Source of the DNA: a virus
Direction: 5' to 3' (one strand)
Length of the DNA stretch: 64,000 bases
Virus genome (UHGV): UHGV-1351772
Positions within the stretch are counted from its first letter, which is position 1. Every line of letters starts with the position of its first letter. Of the stretch, positions 45,259 through 53,804 are shown piece after piece. The position numbers and the translations under genes were made by a program. The notes under the pieces were generated by a model that saw only the letters and a list, made by a program, of their open reading frames with translations, was not told the origin of the DNA and did not search any database.

Positions 45259-46293
45259 TTAGACAGCTATGGGAGCTTTAATTGTGTCGTGCGATTGATA
45301 TCCAACCAATTCGAAGTCTTCGAATTTGTAATCGAAGATGGAATCAGGTTTACGTTTGATAACCAGTTTAGGTAGCGGGTAAGGTTCGCGAGTAAGTTGA
45401 AGTTTTGCCTGCTCCAGATGGTTAGAGTAAAGATGAACATCTACGCCACTATAAACCAACTCGTCTGGAACCATATTGAGTTGTTGAGCAATCATGTGAG
45501 TTAACAACGCGTAAGAAGCGACGTTAAACGGTGCGCCAAGTAGGTAATCGTTGCTCCGCATCATGTAAAAACACGAAAGTTTACGACGAGGGATACCTTC
45601 ACGATCTAAGGTTTCATGAAGTCGTTCTTCGTTATCGATATCTTCGTGGTTAATAAGCGGTGCGTTCGCAAACTTTTCCGGTTCGTTTACTTCGTACCAA
45701 TCCAGTCGTTCAAGCAACGTCATTTCTGTTGTGTAAAATTGGAAATAGTTGTGACATGGATTGAGTGCCATATCGTCCAGGTCACCTACATTCCAGGCAC
45801 TAACGATAATACGGCGGGAGTCAGGGTCTTCACGAAGTTGTTGGATAACTTTACTGATCTGGTCATGTGCTTTTTCATAAACCAAATACGTCGTACTATC
45901 TTCCTTCATATTCCCGATATACTTGTAACCCCGCTGCATTAGTTGTTGTGTACGTCTTACGTCATGACACTCCACAACTTTACAGTCGCGCCATTCCCGC
46001 CACTGGTGTCCGTAGACAGGACCTAAATTCCCTTCTTCATTCGCCCAAGCATCCCAGATTTTTACCCCGTTCTCTTGCAGGTACTTCACGTTAGTGTCAC
46101 CGTTTAAGAACCACAATAGTTCATGAATGATACTTTTCAGGTGAACCTTTTTCGTAGTAACTAATGGGAAACCTTCTTTCAGGTCAAAACGTAGTTGACG
46201 ACCAAATACAGAAAGTGTCCCTACACCTGTGCGGTCTTTCTTGACAACACCGTTATCCAGAATGTCTTGCATTAACGCTAAATACTGTTTCAT
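45259..46293 (-). CDS. thyA: thymidylate synthase ThyA with two insertions (344 aa)
   Basis: Collinear with my recollection of E. coli ThyA: MKQYL..DRTG(V/T)[64 protein letters not shown], and C-terminus IKAPIAV. Confidence 0.9.
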   Translation of the reverse strand: MKQYLALMQDILDNGVVKKDRTGVGTLSVFGRQLRFDLKEGFPLVTTKKVHLKSIIHELLWFLNGDTNVKYLQENGVKIWDAWANEEGNLGPVYGHQWREWRDCKVVECHDVRRTQQLMQRGYKYIGNMKEDSTTYLVYEKAHDQISKVIQQLREDPDSRRIIVSAWNVGDLDDMALNPCHNYFQFYTTEMTLLERLDWYEVNEPEKFANAPLINHEDIDNEERLHETLDREGIPRRKLSCFYMMRSNDYLLGAPFNVASYALLTHMIAQQLNMVPDELVYSGVDVHLYSNHLEQAKLQLTREPYPLPKLVIKRKPDSIFDYKFEDFELVGYQSHDTIKAPIAV

Positions 46294-46610
46294 TTGTTAT
46301 TATTCCCCATTCGTTTCGTTAAAATGTCTAAATTACGTTGCGCTTGCTCAGGACTAAAAATAATGTTTTCCTGGCTATACGTTACATGGAAATGTTTTTT
46401 GTTAACAATCTCAACCTTAAGGCCACGAACTTCGAATTGCCGTTTAGCCTCTTCAACCTTTTTTGGTGAGATTCTAAGAAGACCCGGAAATAGTTCGTCT
46501 GCAGGAACGTAGTATTTGATTTCCTTAGTTTCGGGAATTAATTCGATTCTATCTAAACTGACGCTTATAATCTCGTCAATCTTTTTCTTTATATTGTCGT
46601 TCACAGTCAT
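46290..46610 (-). CDS. hypothetical protein (106 aa)
   Basis: ATGA overlap with thyA. Confidence 0.6.
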   Translation of the reverse strand: MTVNDNIKKKIDEIISVSLDRIELIPETKEIKYYVPADELFPGLLRISPKKVEEAKRQFEVRGLKVEIVNKKHFHVTYSQENIIFSPEQAQRNLDILTKRMGNNNK

Positions 46611-46918
46611 TAGATTTTGTCCTTTTCGAGTTCAGTTAAAATTTCAAATAGGTCTGCGTTGGACTGCAGTACGATTTCACTGCCTTCTGCTACAACGGTA
46701 ATTGAAGGCTTCTTACCACGTAGCAAGAACTCCCAACGCATTGTTCTTACGTGGCTGTCGAGTAACTGCTTTAATTTGTGGTTAACTTCGACTTCCAATT
46801 TGCCCAGTAACTGAGGTGTAATAGCTTCGCCTGAGTTTTTGTTATAAAGTGTACGCACTAAAGAACGTAAAGAATAACCAATGCACTGCGAAATTGCCCA
46901 ACCCGAATAGTTTTCCAT
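46610..46918 (-). CDS. hypothetical protein (102 aa)
   Basis: AAGGA RBS and a 1-nt overlap with the next gene. Confidence 0.6.
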   Translation of the reverse strand: MENYSGWAISQCIGYSLRSLVRTLYNKNSGEAITPQLLGKLEVEVNHKLKQLLDSHVRTMRWEFLLRGKKPSITVVAEGSEIVLQSNADLFEILTELEKDKI

Positions 46919-46919
46919 G

Positions 46920-47465
46920 TTAATCCTTCAAAATGTCTTTAAGCTTTAGTTTTGTATAGAACGGAGAACTGCTTAGTTCTTCTGTCCAACTTATACGTCC
47001 GTTCTGTAGAACCCGGTCGAAGATTAGGCCGTTCATCTTTACAATTCTAGCCAACTGATAAAAGAGCGTCGTGAGGTGTAGTCGACGCTCCATTTGTGCG
47101 CGTGCGGTACAACTACGTACCGCTTTGATAGCAAGTACCGCTTCCGGCATCAACGTCACCGCGATTGTCTCAGGATGTTCGTTTTTCCATTTCTTAATGG
47201 CTAGTAGTCTGTGTAACGATTTTTCAAGGGGACGTAAATCCCCGTTATTCATCACGTAAACCAAAGCAGCAAGATCCCACAAGGCAATACCTACTGCTTT
47301 AGCAACAAACAGCCCGTCGTGTGTTGTCGTGGATTCACAGACTTTGCCAATACTTCCGTAAACACGTGCAGTCCATGCGTCTGTCTGTTCGCCAGGTTTT
47401 ATACCCGCGTTATCCAGAAAGTGTTTAAACGCATTAACGTGTTCAGTTAACTGTATTTGTTTCAT
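46920..47465 (-). CDS. MazG-like fold protein with degenerate catalytic motifs (181 aa)
   Basis: Aligns by eye with the MazG at 43193..44023. VNAFKHF..AGI matches VERVKGW..RGI. However EEFGE is replaced by GSIGK and DGIGDA by KAVGIA. Confidence 0.4.
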   Translation of the reverse strand: MKQIQLTEHVNAFKHFLDNAGIKPGEQTDAWTARVYGSIGKVCESTTTHDGLFVAKAVGIALWDLAALVYVMNNGDLRPLEKSLHRLLAIKKWKNEHPETIAVTLMPEAVLAIKAVRSCTARAQMERRLHLTTLFYQLARIVKMNGLIFDRVLQNGRISWTEELSSSPFYTKLKLKDILKD

Positions 47466-47479
47466 TTCCGATACCCGAT

Positions 47480-47944
47480 TTAGTCACGAGACTTTATTTT
47501 AAGGTACGCAACCGCAGCTCCCATGATTGCAATACCGGCACCCCAACCTATCTTTTCTATTACACTCATATCGTCCCATCTTTTCTCTACGTTACGTCGT
47601 TTGGCCTCTTCTGCCCGTTCTCTCCACATCGCTTCGCGTTCCAGACAGCTGGGATTTATTTCCTCTTCACAACGACGTTTCCGTTCTTCTTCCCCAATCA
47701 GTTCTTCTAAATAGAGTCTCGTTTCTTCCACAGCTTGTTCATAGACGTCTATGTGATCAGGAAGAACTCTCCTGTGAGCGGCTTTGTTGCGAACGGAAGC
47801 AATCATGTGGAGTTTCCGTTCGTATTTTGGTTCGAGAAGATGAGCTATGCTTTTGGTCTTCCCATGAAGCCCATGACCGGTACCGCCGAGTTTTTCCACA
47901 AGTTCTTCTACAGAAATTGCAAGATCGAGAATATATCCACGCAT
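47480..47944 (-). CDS. HEPN/DUF4145-like protein with a C-terminal membrane anchor (154 aa; start moved to the ATG with a GGAG RBS)
   Basis: The Rx4H motif SVRNKAAHR is encoded at 47774-47791. A charged coiled segment follows. The C-terminal hydrophobic helix is IGWGAGIAIMGAAVAYL. Confidence 0.45.
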   Translation of the reverse strand: MRGYILDLAISVEELVEKLGGTGHGLHGKTKSIAHLLEPKYERKLHMIASVRNKAAHRRVLPDHIDVYEQAVEETRLYLEELIGEEERKRRCEEEINPSCLEREAMWRERAEEAKRRNVEKRWDDMSVIEKIGWGAGIAIMGAAVAYLKIKSRD

Positions 47945-48004
47945 AATTGTTTCTCCGCTTAAACGTAGTCTTGGGAGACATAAGTTTGTTCCCAACTGTA
48001 AAAA

Positions 48005-48373
48005 TCATTTCAACAAAACAAGATGAATTTGGTATTCGTCATCCGCAGGAGAAGAATAATCGCCAGTTACAGGTAACGTTATATCTTCCAGTAGAGCGTG
48101 GAAGGGTAATCCACGAGCAGCCTCAACAATTCGTACAAGCGGAAAACCCGTTCTTTTAATCCAATTGTAATCGACAAACATAACACCGCCAGGATTTTCC
48201 GAACCTTCCCACACACGAATTTCCACAGTCTTTCCCGAAAAGTTGGCCAGAACGGTGCGCAGTCCTAATTGCACATAACGGGGGAAGGGTACTTCAATAA
48301 CTTGTTTTGGTAAAACAAATTCAGGGAATTTAAAACCGAAACCTTTGGGTGTACTAAAAAACTGAGCTTGCAT
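48005..48373 (-). CDS. hypothetical protein (122 aa), possible ASCH/PUA-like fold
   Basis: FSGKTVEIRVW resembles the ASCH GxKxxExR motif. This is a weak call. AAAGGAG RBS. Confidence 0.3.
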   Translation of the reverse strand: MQAQFFSTPKGFGFKFPEFVLPKQVIEVPFPRYVQLGLRTVLANFSGKTVEIRVWEGSENPGGVMFVDYNWIKRTGFPLVRIVEAARGLPFHALLEDITLPVTGDYSSPADDEYQIHLVLLK

Positions 48374-48404
48374 GATAATTCTCCTTTAGGGTAAAAAATG
48401 AAAA

Positions 48405-48432
48405 TACCCTACTCCTAGTCAGGAGTAGGGTA
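48405..48432 (-). terminator. rho-independent terminator after the CYTH gene
   Basis: 12-bp stem TACCCTACTCCT/AGGAGTAGGGTA with loop AGTC, followed on the minus strand by TTTTCATTTTTT. Confidence 0.85.
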
Positions 48433-48436
48433 GATG

Positions 48437-49096
48437 TTACATACGGGTAACTGAATCCCAGTAATCACGAAGATATTCTTGGTCTTCTGGGTCTTTCGGT
48501 GTAGCAGGGATATGACCGTCAAACTCAAACGGAATCACAGACAGAACATCGGCAATCTCGTAACGTTCGACTTCCAGTTCAACTTTCACCCAGTCACCGA
48601 CGCTGGTACTGCTACGCATTTCGGTGAGGAGATCGTTAAAGTCACCCGAAACCTCAATTGCTGGGTGTCCGGTGGTGACAGTGAAAATATCAATATCCCA
48701 ATGCTTAGCACCCTTATCGGCTAATTCACCCGGTTCTAAGTGAATACGTTTCACCAGGTGCGCCAAATAACCGTCCTTGTAAAAAGAGAGTGCAGAACTA
48801 ATCCCGATATCCGAATTCTCTTCAACCTTTCCGTCCAGGAATTTACGCTTAAGCGTTAGCTGTGCTGTACCGTCTTCTTTAATACGGATACGGCGACGCC
48901 CACCTTCTATCGGCATGAGAATGTCCATGAACATCTTAGTGGACTGTGCGTGTAGCCAATCCCATCCCGCTTGCGTAGGTTTAACCCAGACGCAATATTC
49001 CTTTTCCACTTCGCGTTTAATGGATTCGCCCGCAACGCGAATAACCTCTTCTTCCTGCGCTTTTTCCAATTGCGCAAGGGTATCGAATAATCCCAT
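48437..49096 (-). CDS. CYTH (triphosphate tunnel metalloenzyme) domain protein (219 aa)
   Basis: ExExK motif REVEKEY (nt 49001-49012). Further matches are RRRIRIKEDGTAQLTLKRK, VKRIHL..WDIDIF and VKVELEVE, in canonical CYTH order. Confidence 0.6.
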   Translation of the reverse strand: MGLFDTLAQLEKAQEEEVIRVAGESIKREVEKEYCVWVKPTQAGWDWLHAQSTKMFMDILMPIEGGRRRIRIKEDGTAQLTLKRKFLDGKVEENSDIGISSALSFYKDGYLAHLVKRIHLEPGELADKGAKHWDIDIFTVTTGHPAIEVSGDFNDLLTEMRSSTSVGDWVKVELEVERYEIADVLSVIPFEFDGHIPATPKDPEDQEYLRDYWDSVTRM

Positions 49097-49917
49097 TAGA
49101 TTAATCCCATACTTTCACTGACGCTCGTAATGTCGAACGTTGTGTCGTTAAAGTCGATGTTTTCTACAATAGAAACCACCAGATTAGGAAGCCATTCCGA
49201 ATGGGGTGGTGTAATAACCCGGCCGTTCATAACGTAGTAATGCAAGAACGGTAATCCCATCGAATGGCAGTACGATAACACATTACCTAAGCAGCTTCCG
49301 TCAAACTTCAAGAGTCGGAGCTTACGCAATAATGCGTTTTGAAATGCACCGTTCGCGTAATCGCTAAACTCGCCAGGCCGATAATCCGTGCCCCCGTAGA
49401 TACTCGCCTTTAATCGTCGTCCGTGTTGTATACATTCAGCCCCAGTCAGGGTGCGTAATAAACGGATGTCAGGATATTCAGTTTCCAAACGACCCAAAGC
49501 GTTTATTCCGTAGCCTTTGTAGAACAGATAGTCTACGATCCTTAAATAATGATAGTAGCCTTCTAACGTTAAAAACTGACCGTGAATTGTGTCGAATTTC
49601 GCACCGTTAGGTTGCGCGTAGAAGTTACTGATCATTTTCCCTACGGTAGTACGACCGTTAGAGTAAAGGTTAAGATGGTTGATACCATCGGTAAAAGGGA
49701 GTTTTTCGGGTAACGCACAAACGTAGCCTAAACGACGAAGGTATAGGACATAAACAAAGCGCTCATCAGGAGTAAGCACGATGTTTGACGCGTTAACGTA
49801 TCCATTAGGATTATTTCGCCCAGGTTGATAACCCAGCGTTAATGCCAAAGCTTGATTGTCTTCGCCCTGGCTTTTGATCTTCTTTAATACGGAACGCAGT
49901 AATTGTGGTTCGGACAT
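49096..49917 (-). CDS. hypothetical protein (273 aa), possible NADAR (YbiA-like) domain
   Basis: LYSNGRTTVGKMISNFY ... LTLEGYYHYLR parallels YbiA FYSTSDDYGDFSNFA ... PTSEHYFQAQK. GAGG RBS at ATG 49917. There is a 1-nt overlap with the CYTH gene. Confidence 0.3.
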   Translation of the reverse strand: MSEPQLLRSVLKKIKSQGEDNQALALTLGYQPGRNNPNGYVNASNIVLTPDERFVYVLYLRRLGYVCALPEKLPFTDGINHLNLYSNGRTTVGKMISNFYAQPNGAKFDTIHGQFLTLEGYYHYLRIVDYLFYKGYGINALGRLETEYPDIRLLRTLTGAECIQHGRRLKASIYGGTDYRPGEFSDYANGAFQNALLRKLRLLKFDGSCLGNVLSYCHSMGLPFLHYYVMNGRVITPPHSEWLPNLVVSIVENIDFNDTTFDITSVSESMGLI

Positions 49918-49927
49918 AACCGGCCTC

Positions 49928-51202
49928 TTAAATTGCAAAATAGTCTTCCACGATTTTATCGGTAGACTGGTAACTTACACTGCCTGCAGCAATCACGTAA
50001 TTACGTTTCTCGGTGGTTAGTAGCGCCTGAATCGCATTTACGCCCGCATAGGTGTAAAGTTTAAGTTCAGTCATTTCTGGCGTGATGTTTTTCGCTTTGT
50101 CCCATTTTGCATCTAATCCTTTAAATAGCGTTAATAGACGAGTGCCATACGTTTTGAAACTGACACCGGGTTCAACCCGAAGGTTAGCCATAAGGTTCTG
50201 GATAACGGTGGTTGCGATCTGAGTCCCTTGCCCCGGTTGGAGTTTATCCAGATAGTATTCCGTTGAATCCAGATTACCTGTCGCTGCTGCCTGAATCATC
50301 AGCTCGCCGTACAGTACCTCTTTCGCTTGTGCATCAGTAATCGCTTGAAGCATCGGTTCGATTTTAGCCGGTAAACCATAACTGTTCAGTTTAGTAGACA
50401 GGCCATAAATCAGCGCTGAAGAGGTATTAATGTCTAACGTGGAGAAACTGTTGCTGCCTTTAAAGCTGTTAATCAGGTTATCGATGGCTAGGAAGTCGTC
50501 TAAGTCTTTGTAGCTGTCGAAAGTATGCTGTACGTCATCAACGATCGAGGTGATTTGATAACGCATACTGTTGACTTCGGACATAAAGCCGTTGACTTCT
50601 TGACTAACTTCCGAGGGGAGTTTAGCCAGTTGCCCAGCAATGTTCATCGTCCCTTCGAGACGTTTTTTCACTGAGTTAAAGTCGGTGCCGATACCTGATA
50701 AAACAGAGTCGGTTAAGCTGCCGATGCTGTCCCACCCTTTATTTAACAGTTTCCCCATCCCACCCGGACTTAGGTAGTCTAGCGCTTTTAGACCATCTTC
50801 ATCCTTTTTCTTAAAAGGTTCAGAAACGTCACGCTTTTGTGGATCGAGGACAGGAAGTGTTTCTTTGGTATTAGATGCAAACCCGGGAACTTTTTGTCCC
50901 GGAGATACACCGGAAGCCGAACTCCCAGCAGTCTTACTTCCGCCAACACTGGCGGTATCACTACCGCCAAAAAGGTTACCAATTTTGCTGGTCAGTTCGT
51001 TACCACCGCCAATCAGTTTGTTGAATGTTTCACCCGCACGTTCTGACAATCGGTTGACGCTATCGACCGTGCTTTTAATACCACGCTCCGCATTCTCCAC
51101 CGTCGATTGTACGCGGTTTGCGGCGTTCTTTGCCGTATTAACGGAATTATCGATTGCTGACTGACCTTTATTTATCTGACTGGTTATTTGGTCGATTTTC
51201 AT
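49928..51202 (-). CDS. hypothetical protein (424 aa; start moved to the ATG after GGAGACCAGA)
   Basis: The N-terminal part is coiled and Gly/Ser-rich. No motif recognised. Confidence 0.65.
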   Translation of the reverse strand: MKIDQITSQINKGQSAIDNSVNTAKNAANRVQSTVENAERGIKSTVDSVNRLSERAGETFNKLIGGGNELTSKIGNLFGGSDTASVGGSKTAGSSASGVSPGQKVPGFASNTKETLPVLDPQKRDVSEPFKKKDEDGLKALDYLSPGGMGKLLNKGWDSIGSLTDSVLSGIGTDFNSVKKRLEGTMNIAGQLAKLPSEVSQEVNGFMSEVNSMRYQITSIVDDVQHTFDSYKDLDDFLAIDNLINSFKGSNSFSTLDINTSSALIYGLSTKLNSYGLPAKIEPMLQAITDAQAKEVLYGELMIQAAATGNLDSTEYYLDKLQPGQGTQIATTVIQNLMANLRVEPGVSFKTYGTRLLTLFKGLDAKWDKAKNITPEMTELKLYTYAGVNAIQALLTTEKRNYVIAAGSVSYQSTDKIVEDYFAI

Positions 51203-52010
51203 TCTGGTCTCCAATTTGGTATTCGTCAAGGTTTACCGTGACCTGAACTTCGTAGATTTTATTGTCTTTCTGACGCCTTAAGGTCAGAAGGATTTCGAAA
51301 CTACGAACATCAATTGCCTTGAGTACCCTCATAAACCATTTCCAGGAAAACTTCTTTTTTAACCTTAGATTGTGCTGCATGTTGTGCCGCAAATCATTTC
51401 GTTTCGACGGTGTCTGCTCACAGTTAGCAGGATCGTTAACGAAGTTTGTGGAAAGACGGTACCACCAATCCGCATTCATTTTCATGTTTGCGAAGATAGT
51501 CCAAGTTAGCCGAGATAACGGATGCACCATCATCTTTGCGGTCTCACCACAGTTCTGGAAATAACGGTTCAATTGCGCAGTTGCAGACTCTTTAGGTCGT
51601 TCGTCGTTATCTTCGAACAAATCCCGAGCGAGATCTTCACGCACGCGTGTGGTAATTTCAGATACGGTTTTTGTTTTGAAGTGTCCTCGGTAAGTGGTTA
51701 CACAAATCCGCAGTGTCTCCACTCCGGTAATCACCAACCCTTCTGTAAAACCTCGCCAGGTAAGATCGACAGGTAGTGCAGGAATGTTACCTGAACTCAG
51801 CTTCGTGGAGATACGTTGTATTCGATCGTCCATCGTTGCTTTTGAACGTGTTTTAAATTCCGGAGACAGAATATGTTTGGCGACGGCGAGTTTATAATCC
51901 GAAGGCTTCCATCCGATCAATTCTTTATAATTCCAATATAGTGTTTGAAGTGGTCCGCCTGCACGTTCGTCTTCAGCGTCCACGACCACACTTACTTTTT
52001 TGCTATCCAT
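51168..52010 (-). CDS. hypothetical protein (280 aa)
   Basis: AAGGTG RBS. The 3' end overlaps the next gene by 35 nt. Confidence 0.6.
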   Translation of the reverse strand: MDSKKVSVVVDAEDERAGGPLQTLYWNYKELIGWKPSDYKLAVAKHILSPEFKTRSKATMDDRIQRISTKLSSGNIPALPVDLTWRGFTEGLVITGVETLRICVTTYRGHFKTKTVSEITTRVREDLARDLFEDNDERPKESATAQLNRYFQNCGETAKMMVHPLSRLTWTIFANMKMNADWWYRLSTNFVNDPANCEQTPSKRNDLRHNMQHNLRLKKKFSWKWFMRVLKAIDVRSFEILLTLRRQKDNKIYEVQVTVNLDEYQIGDQNENRPNNQSDK

Positions 52011-52043
52011 CACATCACCTTGTTACAAGGGGTTACTGGTTTA

Positions 52044-52592
52044 TTAAATAGGACGTTCTAAAAGGTAGTGTTCAATCAACGTTTCCAACTCCCGGAATAA
52101 ATGCGCAGTTTGATTTACCAGCGCTTTGTCTTCGTCGGACTCCGGTTTAAGGAACGCCGATTCATAGGGTTGAATTAGCGCGAGTAATTTACCCAGCTTA
52201 TAAGCGGCAACCTCAGGACTGGACGTCCCAAAATAAGTGTCTAGCCATCGGTATTCCGCCAAGTCGTTTCGTTTATTTAAAGCGTCAGGTAATGGCAGCC
52301 ATTCGATTGAACTCCTGTTAATTGCTCGTTGGTATTCATTAATGAGAAATGCCAAACGTTGATAAACGAGGTCAATGTTATTGATACGCAATTCGAGGAA
52401 ACCGCGAAGGCTGGGACGAAAGGGTTCTTCATTTATGTTTAAAGGCAACGTAAGCAATTGTAAGCCGGTAAAGACTCTGACATAGGGGTTGTGGGTGTTC
52501 TTATGGAACTCCTGCTTCAGAGACTCTCTGAGGGCTTTTAAACGATTATTCTCTAACCGTTGTTTAAAACGAGTTATTATTCCTGTTAACAT
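52044..52592 (-). CDS. hypothetical protein (182 aa)
   Basis: TTAGGAGTG RBS. The promoter-like motif lies 19 nt upstream. Confidence 0.65.
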   Translation of the reverse strand: MLTGIITRFKQRLENNRLKALRESLKQEFHKNTHNPYVRVFTGLQLLTLPLNINEEPFRPSLRGFLELRINNIDLVYQRLAFLINEYQRAINRSSIEWLPLPDALNKRNDLAEYRWLDTYFGTSSPEVAAYKLGKLLALIQPYESAFLKPESDEDKALVNQTAHLFRELETLIEHYLLERPI

Positions 52593-52610
52593 AATTCACT
52601 CCTAAAGAAT

Positions 52611-52635
52611 GTCTCACGTAGATAATATCTGTCTG
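52611..52635 (-). promoter_or_regulatory. recurring promoter-like motif (minus-strand reading CAGACAGATATTATCTACGTGAGAC)
   Basis: Exact GATAATATCT core with CAC-N3, in a divergent intergenic region. Confidence 0.5.
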
Positions 52636-52663
52636 ACTTCTTTTTGAAATTGAGGTAGTAAGA

Positions 52664-53128
52664 ATGGCTGACGAAGAAGTGAAATATCAGGCGTTTGATG
52701 GAGATGTGGACGACGAAGAATCGCTTCTCCGCCAAACGCAACAAGCCCGTGTACGGATTGTGAATCTCATCTTAGACGATCCACAAGCACACAAAGACTT
52801 GAAAACGGTAGACCGATTAGGGTCTTTGCTTAACGACGTTGACAAACAAATCATTTCCAAACGTCGCGTCGCTGCTGCACAGAAAAACAGCGAAGCTAAC
52901 CAAGATTTGGCGAATGCACTTAATAGCATCCTCATGCAACGTGGTAATATCAAAATACGTCGTCACGATGAGGAAGTCGAAGAAACCCAGGGCTACCAGC
53001 CCCCCGTTCCTGTTATTCCGGATGTTGAAGTAACAGAAGGGGAGCTGGCACCAGTAGGCGAACAAATCGATGTTAGGTCCATTATGACGGCGGCGTTTGC
53101 ACGTCCTGAGCAGGGCGAGCAAGACTAA
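52664..53128 (+). CDS. hypothetical acidic protein (154 aa)
   Basis: GAGGTAG RBS. It is a lone plus-strand gene in a minus-strand block. Its 3' end overlaps the convergent gene by 47 nt. Confidence 0.55.
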   Translation: MADEEVKYQAFDGDVDDEESLLRQTQQARVRIVNLILDDPQAHKDLKTVDRLGSLLNDVDKQIISKRRVAAAQKNSEANQDLANALNSILMQRGNIKIRRHDEEVEETQGYQPPVPVIPDVEVTEGELAPVGEQIDVRSIMTAAFARPEQGEQD

Positions 53129-53804
53129 ATAAAGCGGCATCTCGTGGGTCGACACCGACCCACTCTGCCATAAACCGGATATGTTCCTTAAACGGGTTAA
53201 CCCCGTCTTGTTTGATTTGTTCAACCAATTCCCCGGTCAGTTCTGGTGTGAGCATGGCAGGGTGTGTGATGGTAAAGCTCGGAATCGGTTTTTTCAAGTG
53301 CGTAGCATTAAGCTTAATCCACTCGAACCAATCGTACATTATCCAGCAATCCCACGCCAACGACAATCTCCCCGGTGTGAGATCTTCTAACGACCAAGAC
53401 ACTAATTCAACTTGTACGTTATTGTAGTACATCCGAAACAGATTCAAAAAGGCTTGAAGTTCTTCGCCCGTTAAATCCGTATAAGGCCACGTATTGATGG
53501 TCAGAGTGGGTTTTTCAATTGGCGAATGCATTTCGATTTCAAGCAACATACACTCGAATTCGTTTTTCATTGTTGCCAATAATTCAGTAGGCTGCGCATT
53601 AATCAACGCGCGCTTATCCCGCTTCCGCCACACTTCATCCCATTTTTCAAATCCAAGTACGCCAGCCCAAGCTTCTGTATAGCGACGACGATAAACGTCG
53701 TAGTCTAGCAATGTTAAGCTTTCAGGCTTAACGGCTTTTACCCAACCTAAACGCGTATCAAATAACGTATCAATATCGATTAAGAAACGCCGAGATAATC
53801 TCAT
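53082..53804 (-). CDS. hypothetical protein (240 aa) with an N-terminal HAD-like DxDxT motif
   Basis: FLIDIDTLFDTRLG is the only support and it is weak. Confidence 0.55.
   Translation of the reverse strand: MRLSRRFLIDIDTLFDTRLGWVKAVKPESLTLLDYDVYRRRYTEAWAGVLGFEKWDEVWRKRDKRALINAQPTELLATMKNEFECMLLEIEMHSPIEKPTLTINTWPYTDLTGEELQAFLNLFRMYYNNVQVELVSWSLEDLTPGRLSLAWDCWIMYDWFEWIKLNATHLKKPIPSFTITHPAMLTPELTGELVEQIKQDGVNPFKEHIRFMAEWVGVDPRDAALFSLARPAQDVQTPPS

Noticed and set aside
45259-46293. Interpreting the ThyA homolog as a dUMP/dCMP hydroxymethylase, implying hypermodified DNA
   Set aside because: The Asn of PFN (uracil specificity) and the canonical closing C-terminus KAPIAV are conserved, and the similarity to E. 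coli ThyA looks very high by eye. A normal thymidylate synthase is the parsimonious call.
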